IMG/VR virus record: IMGVR_UViG_3300043411_000844
Location: 1 to 63,975 of that record
Reading direction: 5' to 3' (one strand)
Source of the DNA: a virus
Taxonomy: Duplodnaviria; Caudoviricetes
Length of the DNA: 63,975 nt
Positions 9,225 through 18,913 of the stretch are shown in pieces (positions within the stretch are counted from its first letter, which is position 1; every line of letters begins with the position of its first letter). The notes under the pieces are model-generated. The model saw only the letters and a list, made by a program, of their open reading frames with translations. It was not told the DNA's origin and searched no databases. Position numbers and translations under genes: made by a program.

Positions 9225-9998
9225 ATGGCATTGACATCTCCGGGGAAGCCCGCAAAGCCCAGCCGCTCACCTCGCAAGCGCGTGCAAGCCTGGGTACTAG
9301 ACGCCGCAGACCGGGCTGAAGGCAAGGCCGCTAAGGAGCCCATCCTCGACCGCGAGGACAAGGAAGCAGGCGAACGCTACGGCCTCCCCCTGAAAACAGT
9401 CACCCGCGCCGCTCGCAAACGTGGCAAGGCTGTAGACCTCATCGGCACCGGACTGCCAGTCCTAAGCCCCAAACACCTCAAATTCGTTGAAGCGCTCGTT
9501 ACTGGAGCAGCTAGCAACGCCATAGAAGCCTACAGGATAGCTTACGGTAACGACCACGCCAGCAGACAAAGCCTGTGGAAGAAGTCGTCCGACCTCAAGT
9601 CCGACCCTAGAACACAAGCATGGCTCCAAGCCTACAGCCTCGCTGCCCTAGACGACATGATGACGACAGCAGACAGGCATGTGGCCCAACTCGCTCGCAT
9701 CCGGGAAGCAGCGCTCGCAAGCGGGGATTTCAAGGCCGCAAGCATGGCTGAGCTCTCGAGGGGTAAGGTTGCAGGGCTTTACCAATCAACCCTTGTCGTG
9801 GAGCATCGCGCGAACGATTCGGCGCTCGTCGACGCTCTCACGCGGGCCTTAGGCGCTGATACTGCTCAGCAATTAGCCTCGCAGCTCGGCATCAAGGCGC
9901 TACCTGGCGACAACGCCCGGCAGATCGTGGTTGACGCTGCAATCGGTGACGCCTCGGTGACTGTGACCGCAGGCGAAGACGACAAAGACGAGGATTGA
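9225..9998 (+). CDS. terS: Terminase small subunit
   Basis: LSPKHLKFVEAL...NAIEAYRIAY and ALASGDFKAASMAELSRGKVAGLY patterns. Confidence 0.8.
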   Translation: MALTSPGKPAKPSRSPRKRVQAWVLDAADRAEGKAAKEPILDREDKEAGERYGLPLKTVTRAARKRGKAVDLIGTGLPVLSPKHLKFVEALVTGAASNAIEAYRIAYGNDHASRQSLWKKSSDLKSDPRTQAWLQAYSLAALDDMMTTADRHVAQLARIREAALASGDFKAASMAELSRGKVAGLYQSTLVVEHRANDSALVDALTRALGADTAQQLASQLGIKALPGDNARQIVVDAAIGDASVTVTAGEDDKDED

Positions 9999-10302
9999 CA
10001 GGGGCTTAGCCCCATGCCTGCCGATATGTAAGAGTTAACAGACACCCCCTCGAGCCCATGCTGTGACCCTGTCGCGCGTCACGAGGCTGTGCTTGCGGTG
10101 CTGGTGGCCGTCGTCGTCAGGGTGGGGTGGCGCGGGGTGGCGCGGGCAGGGTGAGGCACGCGGGAGGGGTGGGGAGGCCGGGGGGCGGCACCCCCCAGGG
10201 GTGGCCTACTTCAACTCAGTTCCCCTTCCTACATCCAGCCGCTCTATGGCCCTCAACATTTTGCGCAGGCCGTATCCGAATTATGTCGAGGCATTCCACA
10301 AG

Positions 10303-10506
10303 ATGTTGACGAAATCGCCTGGAATTGACCGGTTGATCGACATTGTGGGGTCTGGTCAGTCTGTGGCGAGGGCGTTGGGGATGTCGCCGACGCAGGTGTC
10401 ACGGGTGAGGTTGGGACAGAGTGGGGAGCGGGAGTATTTCGCAGCGTTGGCGGAGTTGCTGGAGTTGGTTCCGATCAAGGACTGGCCGGAGCGGTGGAAC
10501 CGATGA
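10303..10506 (+). CDS. Small HTH protein
   Basis: SGQSVARALGMSPTQVSR. Confidence 0.5.
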   Translation: MLTKSPGIDRLIDIVGSGQSVARALGMSPTQVSRVRLGQSGEREYFAALAELLELVPIKDWPERWNR

Positions 10507-10754
10507 GCGACAAGATCGTGCCGCTTCGGGTGATCCCGGCTGAGGAGATGCGTGGGGCGGCGAACGGCGAAGCGATTGAGATGCTGGAGCGGGCGCTGGT
10601 GCGGGTCCGGCTGGGCGAGATGCAGTCTGTGGCGCTGGTGATGGCCTACGCGGACGGCAGCGTCGAGACGGCGTGGGCACAGCGGTCGCAGATACACCAT
10701 TTGACGTCGGGGGCGGCGTCGCTTTTGCAGCGGCTGGCGAGCGGCAAGGAATGA
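10503..10754 (+). CDS. Hypothetical protein
   Basis: ATGA-coupled at both ends. Confidence 0.6.
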   Translation: MSDKIVPLRVIPAEEMRGAANGEAIEMLERALVRVRLGEMQSVALVMAYADGSVETAWAQRSQIHHLTSGAASLLQRLASGKE

Positions 10755-11398
10755 GCATCCTGATCGGGACACCCTGCTACGGCGGGATGGTGACGGAGGG
10801 GTATCTGCTCTCGTGTCTGGCGCTTCGCAAGGAGATGCTGGCGGTGGGGCTGGGGCACGACTGGCTGACGCTCAGGAATGAGAGCCTGATCCAGCGGGGC
10901 CGGAACGTGATCGCGGCGAGCTTTTTGCGCGAGACGGAGTTCCAGGCGCTGCTGTTCATCGACGCCGACATCGAGTTCGAGCCCGAAGGGGTGGCTCGGC
11001 TGTGGAATTTGATCGCCGACGGGGCTGATGTGGCGGTCGGGGCCTACCGGATGAAGCGTCCGGGGGCTGGGTTGGCGGCCTGGCGGGGCGGCAAGCTCGT
11101 CGAGATCGGGGAAAAGGACGTTCTGCCCTTCGAGGTCGACTACGCCGGCACCGGTTTCATGATGATTTCGCGGAAAACGCTGGAGATCATCGCGGAAAAA
11201 CACCCGGAGATCGAGCACGAGGAAGGCCAGGTCGGGAAATGCTGGGCGTTCTTCGATACGCGGGTCGTAAATGACGGGGCGGGGCCGTTCTACTGCTCTG
11301 AAGACTACTTTTTCTGCCGGATGGTGCGCCATCTGGGCATGCGGGTCGTCATGGACCCGCAAATTTCGCTGAAACACCACGGACAGGCGGTTTACTGA
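10751..11398 (+). CDS. GT-A fold glycosyltransferase-like protein
   Basis: ILIGTPCY...ESLIQRGRN...LLFIDAD (DxD)...AGTGFMMI...SEDYFFC...KH. Confidence 0.8.
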   Translation: MSILIGTPCYGGMVTEGYLLSCLALRKEMLAVGLGHDWLTLRNESLIQRGRNVIAASFLRETEFQALLFIDADIEFEPEGVARLWNLIADGADVAVGAYRMKRPGAGLAAWRGGKLVEIGEKDVLPFEVDYAGTGFMMISRKTLEIIAEKHPEIEHEEGQVGKCWAFFDTRVVNDGAGPFYCSEDYFFCRMVRHLGMRVVMDPQISLKHHGQAVY

Positions 11399-12009
11399 TG
11401 GCAAAACCAAAGAAACCCACACCGGCTCCCGCCGAGCCAGTGGAGAAAACGGTGATCGCTGCGGGCTACGTCGCGACCGTGCCGTTCGAGGAGGCACTGA
11501 AGGCGACCTCCGTCGTGATCCCGGTCAAAGCGACGGTTGCCGACACCCCGCCCCCGGTTTCCGGCCCGCGCAAGAACGCGCCGAGCGGAGCCAAGCGGCT
11601 GGTGCATAACGGCGTCGTCGTCGACATCCCCGACACCGTCAAACGCAGGGCTCAGATGTCCTACGACGAGACGAGCGTCGATGTCGAGTGCCCGAAGGAC
11701 ATGGATGCCGAGTCCTTCCGCGCCTACGTCGAGCACGCGGCCTCCGAGATGGCGATGCTCCTCGACGAGCGCAACCGCCGCTCGAAGCAGTCGAAGGCCG
11801 CCGAGCGCAATCTGACTGAGATGCGCGCCTCGATCGCCGCCCTCACCATCGAGAGCGCCGGCGGGGCCGAGCTCTACGCCCGCATGTTCGAGCAGAAAGC
11901 CGTCGATGTGGCACAGGCCACGCGCCGCGCCGCCGATGCCTCCTTCCTGCTCAAGGCTCAGGACGCCCTCCTCGAGGACGCCAAGCGCCGTTGGCTCAGC
12001 GCGGAGTAG
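11398..12009 (+). CDS. Hypothetical protein with C-terminal coiled coil
   Basis: Coupled to the upstream stop; helical Ala/Glu-rich C-terminus. Confidence 0.65.
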   Translation: MAKPKKPTPAPAEPVEKTVIAAGYVATVPFEEALKATSVVIPVKATVADTPPPVSGPRKNAPSGAKRLVHNGVVVDIPDTVKRRAQMSYDETSVDVECPKDMDAESFRAYVEHAASEMAMLLDERNRRSKQSKAAERNLTEMRASIAALTIESAGGAELYARMFEQKAVDVAQATRRAADASFLLKAQDALLEDAKRRWLSAE

Positions 12010-12605
12010 GCCCGGCCGAGCTGTTCGGTCACTTCGGCATGAGCCGGGACATCTTCCCGGCTGAGTTCTTAGGCAAAGAGAAGGGCGACGTTCTCATCGT
12101 CGGCGGTGGCCGCTCGGTCTGGGACGATGTCGCTAAGCTCTGGCCTCTGCCCGAGGCCGTCATCGCCGTCAATGACATCGGCATGTACTGGCCGGGCTAC
12201 CTCAAAGGCTGGTACTCGAACGACGCCGTGCAACTGAAGGCGTGGCACGCTGGCCGGCGGCACTGGTGGGAGCAAATCTACAAGCAGACGATCCCGCTGC
12301 ATTCCTGCTTCGCAGAGAAAGCCGGAGGTGGCGTCCACAACTGGCCGTTCCCCGCTCACGGGAGCTCTGGCCTGGTGGTGACACTGATGGCGCTCGCCAT
12401 GGGCTATGAGCGCCTCTGGATGGCGGGCATCCCGCTCGACGACACCGGACATTTCTACGATCCGCCGACCGGACACCCGCTCGTGCGCGGCCGCAAGCTC
12501 TCGAACTTCGAGAACGAAACAAGGGACAGGACGCTCGAGAACCTGAAGCCGCTCCTCAAGGGGCGGATCAAGGCCGCCTCGGGCCGGCTCCTGGAATTTG
12601 CATGA
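11991..12605 (+). CDS. Maf/sialyltransferase-like Rossmann protein
   Basis: VLIVGGGRSV...VIAVN...GSSG...ALAMGYERLWMAG...HFYD pattern. Confidence 0.6.
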   Translation: MAQRGVGPAELFGHFGMSRDIFPAEFLGKEKGDVLIVGGGRSVWDDVAKLWPLPEAVIAVNDIGMYWPGYLKGWYSNDAVQLKAWHAGRRHWWEQIYKQTIPLHSCFAEKAGGGVHNWPFPAHGSSGLVVTLMALAMGYERLWMAGIPLDDTGHFYDPPTGHPLVRGRKLSNFENETRDRTLENLKPLLKGRIKAASGRLLEFA

Positions 12606-13339
12606 GACTGCCGGAGTTCATGATCGTCTACATCGGCTTCGATCCGCGCGAGGCGCAAGCCTATGCGGTCGCGCGCAACTCGATCCTGCGCAAGACGAAC
12701 ATGCCGATCCCCGTCCGTGGCCTCGTGCTCGACGATCTGAGGGAGCAGGGGCTCTACTCACGGCCGACATCGCGCCGCAAGACGCGCGGCGGCTCGCAAC
12801 TCTGGGACGACATCTCGGATGCGCCGATGGCGACCGAGTTCTCCTGCTCGCGCTTCCTGACGCCGCTGCTCGCCAAGCGCGGCTGGGCCCTGTTCATGGA
12901 TTGCGACATGATGGTGCGCGAGCCCATCGCAAACCTTTTCGCCCTCGCCGATCCCAAATACGCCGTCATGTGCGTCAAGCACAATCACGAGCCGGCGAAT
13001 GCGAAGAAGATGGACGATCAGATCCAGACGCGCTACGCGCGCAAGAACTGGTCCTCCGTTATGCTGTTCAACTGCGATCATCCGGCGAACAAGAAGCTGA
13101 CGCTCGAGATGGTCAACTCGGTGCCCGGCCGCGATCTGCACCGTTTCTGCTGGCTGAAGGATCGCCACATCGGCGAGCTCCCGGCGCGCTGGAACTACCT
13201 CGTCGGGCACACCAAGCTCAAGGACGGCGACGAGCCGGCGATCGTCCACTGGACCGACGGAATCCCGTCGATGGTGGGCTATGAGAACGCCGAGTTCGCC
13301 GGCGAGTATTGGGATCACCTGCTCCGGTGGGCGGCCTAG
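12602..13339 (+). CDS. GT8-like glycosyltransferase
   Basis: YIGFDPRE...TEFSCSRFL...LFMDCDM...RKNWSSVMLFN...WN...IVHWTDG. Confidence 0.8.
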   Translation: MRLPEFMIVYIGFDPREAQAYAVARNSILRKTNMPIPVRGLVLDDLREQGLYSRPTSRRKTRGGSQLWDDISDAPMATEFSCSRFLTPLLAKRGWALFMDCDMMVREPIANLFALADPKYAVMCVKHNHEPANAKKMDDQIQTRYARKNWSSVMLFNCDHPANKKLTLEMVNSVPGRDLHRFCWLKDRHIGELPARWNYLVGHTKLKDGDEPAIVHWTDGIPSMVGYENAEFAGEYWDHLLRWAA

Positions 13340-13345
13340 TTCCAC

Positions 13346-14287
13346 GTGAAACTCGCCTGCCTCATGCTCTCCAGAGGTCCGAGATACAACCGGCACCTGT
13401 GGGAGAAGGGGCTCGCGCGACACGGTTGGACGGCGGTTGACACGCCACTGAATGAGCCCGGCCCCGGCGATCTCCTGATCGTCTGGAACCGCATCGGCGC
13501 AGTCGACAAGATCGCTTCGCGGTATCAGGCCGGCGGGGCCAAGGTCATCGTCGTCGAGAACGGCTGGTGCGGCCGCGACAAGGAGGGGGCCGTCCCCTAC
13601 TCGGTGGCCCTCGACTATCACAACGGCGTCGGCAAGTGGCCGGTCGGCAAGGCCGGGCGCTGGAAACGCTGGAAGCTCGACATCAAACCCTGGCGAACCC
13701 AGGGCGACGTGCTCCTGACGCTGCCGCAACGCGGCATCGGCGAGAAGCCCGTCGGCATGACACGCGGCTGGGAGGTGAGCGCCGCTCACCGGCTGGCGCG
13801 GCTCACTGAGCGACCGGTGAGAAACCGGCCTCATCCCGGCGGGCCCGTCAACGACCGGCCCGAGATCGACTGGACAGGCATCTACGCAGCGGTCACATGG
13901 GGCTCCGCAGCCGCTGTGAAGGCGCTGCTCGCCGGTGTGCCCGTCTTCTACGAGCTCGAGAACTGGATCGGCGCGCCGGCCGCCAAGTTCGGTCTGGGAG
14001 ACTCCCGGCGCTGGATTGATACGCCCCACTTGGGGGACCGCGAAGCGATGCTCGATCGCCTCGCCTGGGCCCAATGGGACGCCGAAGAAATCGAGAGAGG
14101 CGAACCTGTCGAATGGCTGGTCAACTCGTCCACGTCTATTTCGTCCAATCGACCCGCTCCCGCGGCATCGCCGAAGCCTTCGCCCAAGGGCTCAAGCTGG
14201 CCGGCGATCGCTCCCGGCTCATCCCCGAGCACGAATATCGCGGTGACATTGAGAAAGAGCCCCAAGTCGCCGCCTTCTACGGACTGA
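13346..14287 (+). CDS. GT-B/capsule-synthesis-like glycosyltransferase, paralog 1
   Basis: RPHP...AAVTWGSAAAVKALLAGVPVF...LAWAQWDAEEIERG. Confidence 0.65.
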   Translation: MKLACLMLSRGPRYNRHLWEKGLARHGWTAVDTPLNEPGPGDLLIVWNRIGAVDKIASRYQAGGAKVIVVENGWCGRDKEGAVPYSVALDYHNGVGKWPVGKAGRWKRWKLDIKPWRTQGDVLLTLPQRGIGEKPVGMTRGWEVSAAHRLARLTERPVRNRPHPGGPVNDRPEIDWTGIYAAVTWGSAAAVKALLAGVPVFYELENWIGAPAAKFGLGDSRRWIDTPHLGDREAMLDRLAWAQWDAEEIERGEPVEWLVNSSTSISSNRPAPAASPKPSPKGSSWPAIAPGSSPSTNIAVTLRKSPKSPPSTD

Positions 14288-14976
14288 ACGGCCGCCTCGC
14301 GACGATCTTCAACGACTACCGGCGCACCGGGCGCACGGTCGTCTTCGCCGATCTCGGCTACTGGGGCCGGCGCATGGGCGGCCGCTACACCGGCTACCAC
14401 AAGGTCACGGTCAACGACCGGCACCCGACGGCTTACTTCCAGCGGGTCAAGCACGATCGCGCGCGCCGCGTCTTCGGAGTGTCTCCGCAGCCGTGGCAGA
14501 GCGGTGGTGAAGCGGTGCTGCTCGCTGGCATGGGCGACAAGGCGGCGCAAGCCGTCGGCCTCGAGCCCGCGCACTGGGAACAGAACATGATCCGCCAAAT
14601 CCAGGCGGTGACGAAGCGACCGATCATCTATCGCCCCAAACCCTCCTGGGACGGGGCCGAGCCCCTCAACGGGGCCGAGTTCAGCCACAAGTCCGAGGAC
14701 ATCGGGCGCGTGTTGCAACGGGCTCACTGTGTTGTCACGCATCATTCCAACGTCGGAATCGATGCGCTGATCGCTGGCGTGCCGGTGTTTACCTGGGAAG
14801 GCGCGGCGATGCCGCTCTCTCTGCAGGACATCGCCAAGATCGAAACGCCGCTCAGGCCCGACGATCACGCCCGCGAGCAGTGGCTCAATGATCTCCACTA
14901 CTGCCAGTGGAGCGTCGACGAGATTGCGAACGGCTTGACATGGCGACACCTGAAAACCGAGGGGCTCATCCCATGA
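14113..14976 (+). CDS. GT-B/capsule-synthesis-like glycosyltransferase, paralog 2
   Basis: DLGY...YRPKP...VVTHHSNVGIDALIAGVPVF...LHYCQWSVDEIANG. Confidence 0.7.
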   Translation: MAGQLVHVYFVQSTRSRGIAEAFAQGLKLAGDRSRLIPEHEYRGDIEKEPQVAAFYGLNGRLATIFNDYRRTGRTVVFADLGYWGRRMGGRYTGYHKVTVNDRHPTAYFQRVKHDRARRVFGVSPQPWQSGGEAVLLAGMGDKAAQAVGLEPAHWEQNMIRQIQAVTKRPIIYRPKPSWDGAEPLNGAEFSHKSEDIGRVLQRAHCVVTHHSNVGIDALIAGVPVFTWEGAAMPLSLQDIAKIETPLRPDDHAREQWLNDLHYCQWSVDEIANGLTWRHLKTEGLIP

Positions 14977-15491
14977 ACGACATGGAGATTTGGAAGCCCG
15001 TTCCCGGTTTTGAGGGATTGTATGACGTAAGCGACCACGGCCGTGTGCGCAGCTTGAGAGACTCGCATCAACAGCGGCGCGAGTTAGTGCTGAGCCCCGG
15101 CAACGTTGACGGCTATCGAATGGTCGCATTGATGGCTGGTAAGCGACACCAGCTTCGAGTGCATCGGTTAGTGCTTCTAGCCTTTGTAGGGCCTCCCACA
15201 AATGAGCAGAAGCACACGCGGCATTTGAACGGCGATCGAGCGGATAACCGACTTTGCAATCTTGCTTGGGGGACTCCCAAGGAGAACGGTGCCGATCTCA
15301 CAAAGCACGGGACCATTCGCGGTGCGAAGAACCCGAAGGCTCGGCTCACCGAATATCAGGTAATCGAGATACGTCGCAGATACGCCAGCGGTTGCGGCAA
15401 GGGCATGAAAGCGTTGGCAGACGAGTACGGTGTTCACAAAACCTGCATCTGCTTCCTCTTGACGAGGCGATCTTGGACACATCTTCCGTGA
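14973..15491 (+). CDS. NUMOD4-HNH homing endonuclease
   Basis: EIWKPVPGFEGLYDVSDHGRVRS; VHRLVLLAF; HLNGDRADNRLCNLAW; lower GC. Confidence 0.92.
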   Translation: MNDMEIWKPVPGFEGLYDVSDHGRVRSLRDSHQQRRELVLSPGNVDGYRMVALMAGKRHQLRVHRLVLLAFVGPPTNEQKHTRHLNGDRADNRLCNLAWGTPKENGADLTKHGTIRGAKNPKARLTEYQVIEIRRRYASGCGKGMKALADEYGVHKTCICFLLTRRSWTHLP

Positions 15492-16444
15492 AGAAAAATG
15501 CGCCCGTCGCCCCAACGCTCAAGATTGCCTTCCTAGTTTCCGACAAACCTCGCGAGATCATGCTCGCAGATGCCCTGGCCAAGGGTGCTAAGGTCCATGG
15601 CGACCGGCTCGAGGTCAGACGCACTGCCGACTACGGCGAGGACGAGAACGGAGACGAGTTGAAGTGGAGCGGCCCGCATCCTGAGGATGACGTCGCTTGC
15701 TTCTTTGGCGTCAAGGGCAAGTCCCGCCGCATCATGGACGACTACCTGGCGGTCGGTAAGGCCACCCTGTTCCTCGACAAGGGCTACACCCGGTCGAAGG
15801 GCAAGAACGGCCACACCGAGTTCACGCGGGTTTCTGTCAATGGCGGGGATCCGCTCGCCTACATGATGGAGCAGAAGCGGCCGAGCACCCGCTGGGAACG
15901 TCTCGGCATCGAGTTGAAGGAACGGCAGGAGAACGGCGGGCACATCCTGCTCTGCTGCTCGTCCGCCAAGTTCCACGAGTTCCATGGCATCAAAGAGCCG
16001 ACCCGCTGGGCAAATCAGACGGTGCGCGAGATCAGGGACTTCTCTGAGCGCACGGTGATCTACCGGCCCAAGCCCTCCTGGCGGGCCGCGGTGCCGGTTG
16101 AAGGCGCGCTGTTCACGTCCGGCAACACGCCAATCGCGGACGCTCTGCGCGGCTGCCACTGTGTCGTCACGCACGGCACGACGGCGGCGGCGGATGCGAT
16201 CTTCGCTGGTGTGCCGGCGATGGTGTTCGGCAATGCGATCGCCCGGCCGGTGGCCGAGACGCGCATCCAGAGCATCGAGACGCCCTACTGGGGCTCCGCC
16301 GACAAGCGCCTGCGCTGGGCTTCCGCCATGGCCTACTGCCAGTGGTCGATGGCCGAGCTCGAAAGCGGCGAAGCCTGGGCCGAGTTGAAGGCCGAGATAT
16401 TGCGACAGCGCGAGCCGATCATGCCGGTGGCGTCACCGAAATGA
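15488..16444 (+). CDS. GT-B/capsule-synthesis-like glycosyltransferase, paralog 3
   Basis: DKGY...YRPKP...VVTHGTTAAADAIFAGVP...MAYCQWSMAELESG. Confidence 0.7.
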   Translation: MKKNAPVAPTLKIAFLVSDKPREIMLADALAKGAKVHGDRLEVRRTADYGEDENGDELKWSGPHPEDDVACFFGVKGKSRRIMDDYLAVGKATLFLDKGYTRSKGKNGHTEFTRVSVNGGDPLAYMMEQKRPSTRWERLGIELKERQENGGHILLCCSSAKFHEFHGIKEPTRWANQTVREIRDFSERTVIYRPKPSWRAAVPVEGALFTSGNTPIADALRGCHCVVTHGTTAAADAIFAGVPAMVFGNAIARPVAETRIQSIETPYWGSADKRLRWASAMAYCQWSMAELESGEAWAELKAEILRQREPIMPVASPK

Positions 16445-17235
16445 TCGTTGCCTTCCACTATCGGCAGCCGTTCACGCGGCAGCTTGCCATGGCCGAGGCG
16501 CTGTCAAAGGGCCTGGGCAGCGACCAACTCGCGATTAGTCAAGGCGACCCAAGACACGCACTGGCCGACGCTCTTGTCCTTTACGGCATAGGTGGCATGA
16601 GCCGGGAAATCTGGGACGCCTACGATGATAAGCCCCGAATCCTGATCGACAAGGGGTACGCCCGCAAGGGCTTCATGCGCGTGACGGTGAACGAGTTTCA
16701 CTCGCTGAACTGGCTGCAAATGGCCGACCCGCCTGCGGATCGGCTGGAGATGACCGGCTGGCAAACAAAGCCCTACAGCCTGGACGGCACGCACATTCTG
16801 CTCGACGGCCTGTCGGGGAAGTACTGCCGGTGGTTCGGGTTCGATCGGGACGAGTGGGTACGTCAGGCGGTCGAGGCCATAAGGATGGCCTCCGATCTTC
16901 CGATTTTGGTCCGGCCGCGGCCATCGCACAATCCGCCTCCACCGGTGCCGAAGGGAACAATCCTCGACGTGGGGCCGCTGGCGGACTCGCTGGCCAAGGC
17001 CCGCGTCGTGGTTAGTCACGGCGGCAATCTCGGTTGCGATGCGGTGATCAACGGTCGAGCACATTGCGCGTTCGGACCATCGCCGGCACGGCCAATCTCC
17101 GGCCCTATCGATCCGCCGCGTGTGCCGACTGACGCGCAGCGCCACCGCTGGATGAAGGCGCTCGCCTACTGCCAGTACAGCATGGACGAGATCGCCGACG
17201 GCACGATGTGGAAATGGGTGAGGGCTCAGCTTTGA
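16441..17235 (+). CDS. GT-B/capsule-synthesis-like glycosyltransferase, paralog 4
   Basis: DKGY...VRPRP...VVSHGGNLGCDAVING...LAYCQYSMDEIADG. Confidence 0.7.
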   Translation: MIVAFHYRQPFTRQLAMAEALSKGLGSDQLAISQGDPRHALADALVLYGIGGMSREIWDAYDDKPRILIDKGYARKGFMRVTVNEFHSLNWLQMADPPADRLEMTGWQTKPYSLDGTHILLDGLSGKYCRWFGFDRDEWVRQAVEAIRMASDLPILVRPRPSHNPPPPVPKGTILDVGPLADSLAKARVVVSHGGNLGCDAVINGRAHCAFGPSPARPISGPIDPPRVPTDAQRHRWMKALAYCQYSMDEIADGTMWKWVRAQL

Positions 17236-17834
17236 TCGTCAACGGCTTCACCATCCCGGAAGACACGATCAACTACACGGGAGCCGATGACGCCGCGCGC
17301 TTCGGGCATCGGTTGCCCTACTATACCCAGCGCGTGCGCGAGGAAGCGGAGCAACTTCGCCCCTGGCTCGTGCCGGTCATGAGCTGCCTCGACATCGGCT
17401 GCGGTCTCGGGCTGATCGACGCTCTGATCGCCAAGATCACCGGCGCCAATCACGTTCACATGATGGACGGACAGGGCGCGATCGACAACCGCGTCATGGG
17501 ATACAACGACGGTACGAAAGCCTGGGCTGACGTTCGTGTCGGCCGCCGGCTCGTTGCGGCGAACACCGATGCGGACGTGACGGCGCACGTTGCCGACCCG
17601 ACGGTCACGATCCCGGTAGATCTGATCGTCTCTTTCAAAAGCTGGGGCCACCATTACAATATCGACGAGTACCTCCCGCTCGCTCTCCGCAGCTTGAAGC
17701 CGGGCGGCCGCGTCATCGTCGATCTTCGCAACGGCAAGGGCGGCCGTGAGGTGCTCGAGCAGAACGGCTTCAAAGTCGTCGGCTCCTTCATCGCCTCGCC
17801 CAAATGCGTCCGCACCATCCTGGAGAGAACCTGA
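17232..17834 (+). CDS. Class I SAM-dependent methyltransferase
   Basis: CLDIGCGLG...VDLIVS...SLKPGGRVIV. Confidence 0.85.
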   Translation: MIVNGFTIPEDTINYTGADDAARFGHRLPYYTQRVREEAEQLRPWLVPVMSCLDIGCGLGLIDALIAKITGANHVHMMDGQGAIDNRVMGYNDGTKAWADVRVGRRLVAANTDADVTAHVADPTVTIPVDLIVSFKSWGHHYNIDEYLPLALRSLKPGGRVIVDLRNGKGGREVLEQNGFKVVGSFIASPKCVRTILERT

Positions 17835-18913
17835 TGAAGATCCGCGTGCTCGGTGGTGGTTTCTATGGCAGCCATCTGGCTCTGTCACTCCACCACGACG
17901 GGCACGAGGTCGAGCTTCACGAGATCGCTTCCCGACTGTTCAACGGGGCCTCGGGATCAAACCCGGCCCGTCTCCATCAAGGCGCACACTACCCGCGCTC
18001 CCGCCTGACGCGCACGCACTCACAGGAGAACTTCTCCGCGTTCATGGGCGCCTACGGTTTCCTGACGCGGCCGGTGCCCGTCAACCTCTACGCGGTCGCT
18101 CAGGACGAAAGCCACGTCGACTTCGGCAACTACGTCCAGATCCTCAAGGGCGAGATCGACATGATCCCGGTCCATGACCCGCGCGAGTGGGGCCTGGCCA
18201 ATGTCGAGGGCGCGATCATGACCGGCGAGCGCCACATCGTCATCGACAAGGCGCGCGAGTGGTTCACCGCGGCGCTGCGCGGCATCGCTCAGTTCGAGAT
18301 GCCGCCCGGCCCCGTCGATAGCCCCGACTACGACCTGACGATCGACTGCACGTTCTGCGCCAACGATCACGTCAACATCGATCGCTACGAGCCCTGCATC
18401 ACGGCGCTCCTCGATGGGCCGACGTCGCGGGCGGTGACGATCATGGATGGCCCGTTCCCGAGCATCTATCCCTGGGACGAGGATCGCGGGCTCTGCTCGC
18501 TGTCGTCCGCCAAGTTCACGCCGCTTGCCAAGTGCGGCACGCACGAGGCCGCGCGCGAGGTGCTCGCCACGATCTCGAAGGGTGAGATACAGCAGCGCGG
18601 CGCGGCCATGTTGCAGCAGATCGGACACTACTGGCCTGAGGCCAAATGGCTGTTTCGCATCGCCGACTATCGGTTCGGTGTGCGCGCCATGCCGCTCTCG
18701 GGCGCGGCCGCGCGTCTCGTCGATGTCGTCCGCGTGGGTGAGCGCGCGGTGCGCGTGCGCGCCGGCAAGATCGACGCGGTATTCCACGCCGAGGCCATCG
18801 TCAAGGAGCTGATTGACAAATGGAGCTCGGCGTCACCGGCTACCGCAGCCAGATCGTCCAGGAAATATCCGAGTACGACGGCATCAAAGTCCAACGGCTC
18901 TCACCCCGCATAG
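17834..18913 (+). CDS. FAD-dependent oxidoreductase
   Basis: IRVLGGGFYG...GASGSNPARLHQGAHYPRS...TIMDGPF...GKI. Confidence 0.85.
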   Translation: MKIRVLGGGFYGSHLALSLHHDGHEVELHEIASRLFNGASGSNPARLHQGAHYPRSRLTRTHSQENFSAFMGAYGFLTRPVPVNLYAVAQDESHVDFGNYVQILKGEIDMIPVHDPREWGLANVEGAIMTGERHIVIDKAREWFTAALRGIAQFEMPPGPVDSPDYDLTIDCTFCANDHVNIDRYEPCITALLDGPTSRAVTIMDGPFPSIYPWDEDRGLCSLSSAKFTPLAKCGTHEAAREVLATISKGEIQQRGAAMLQQIGHYWPEAKWLFRIADYRFGVRAMPLSGAAARLVDVVRVGERAVRVRAGKIDAVFHAEAIVKELIDKWSSASPATAARSSRKYPSTTASKSNGSHPA

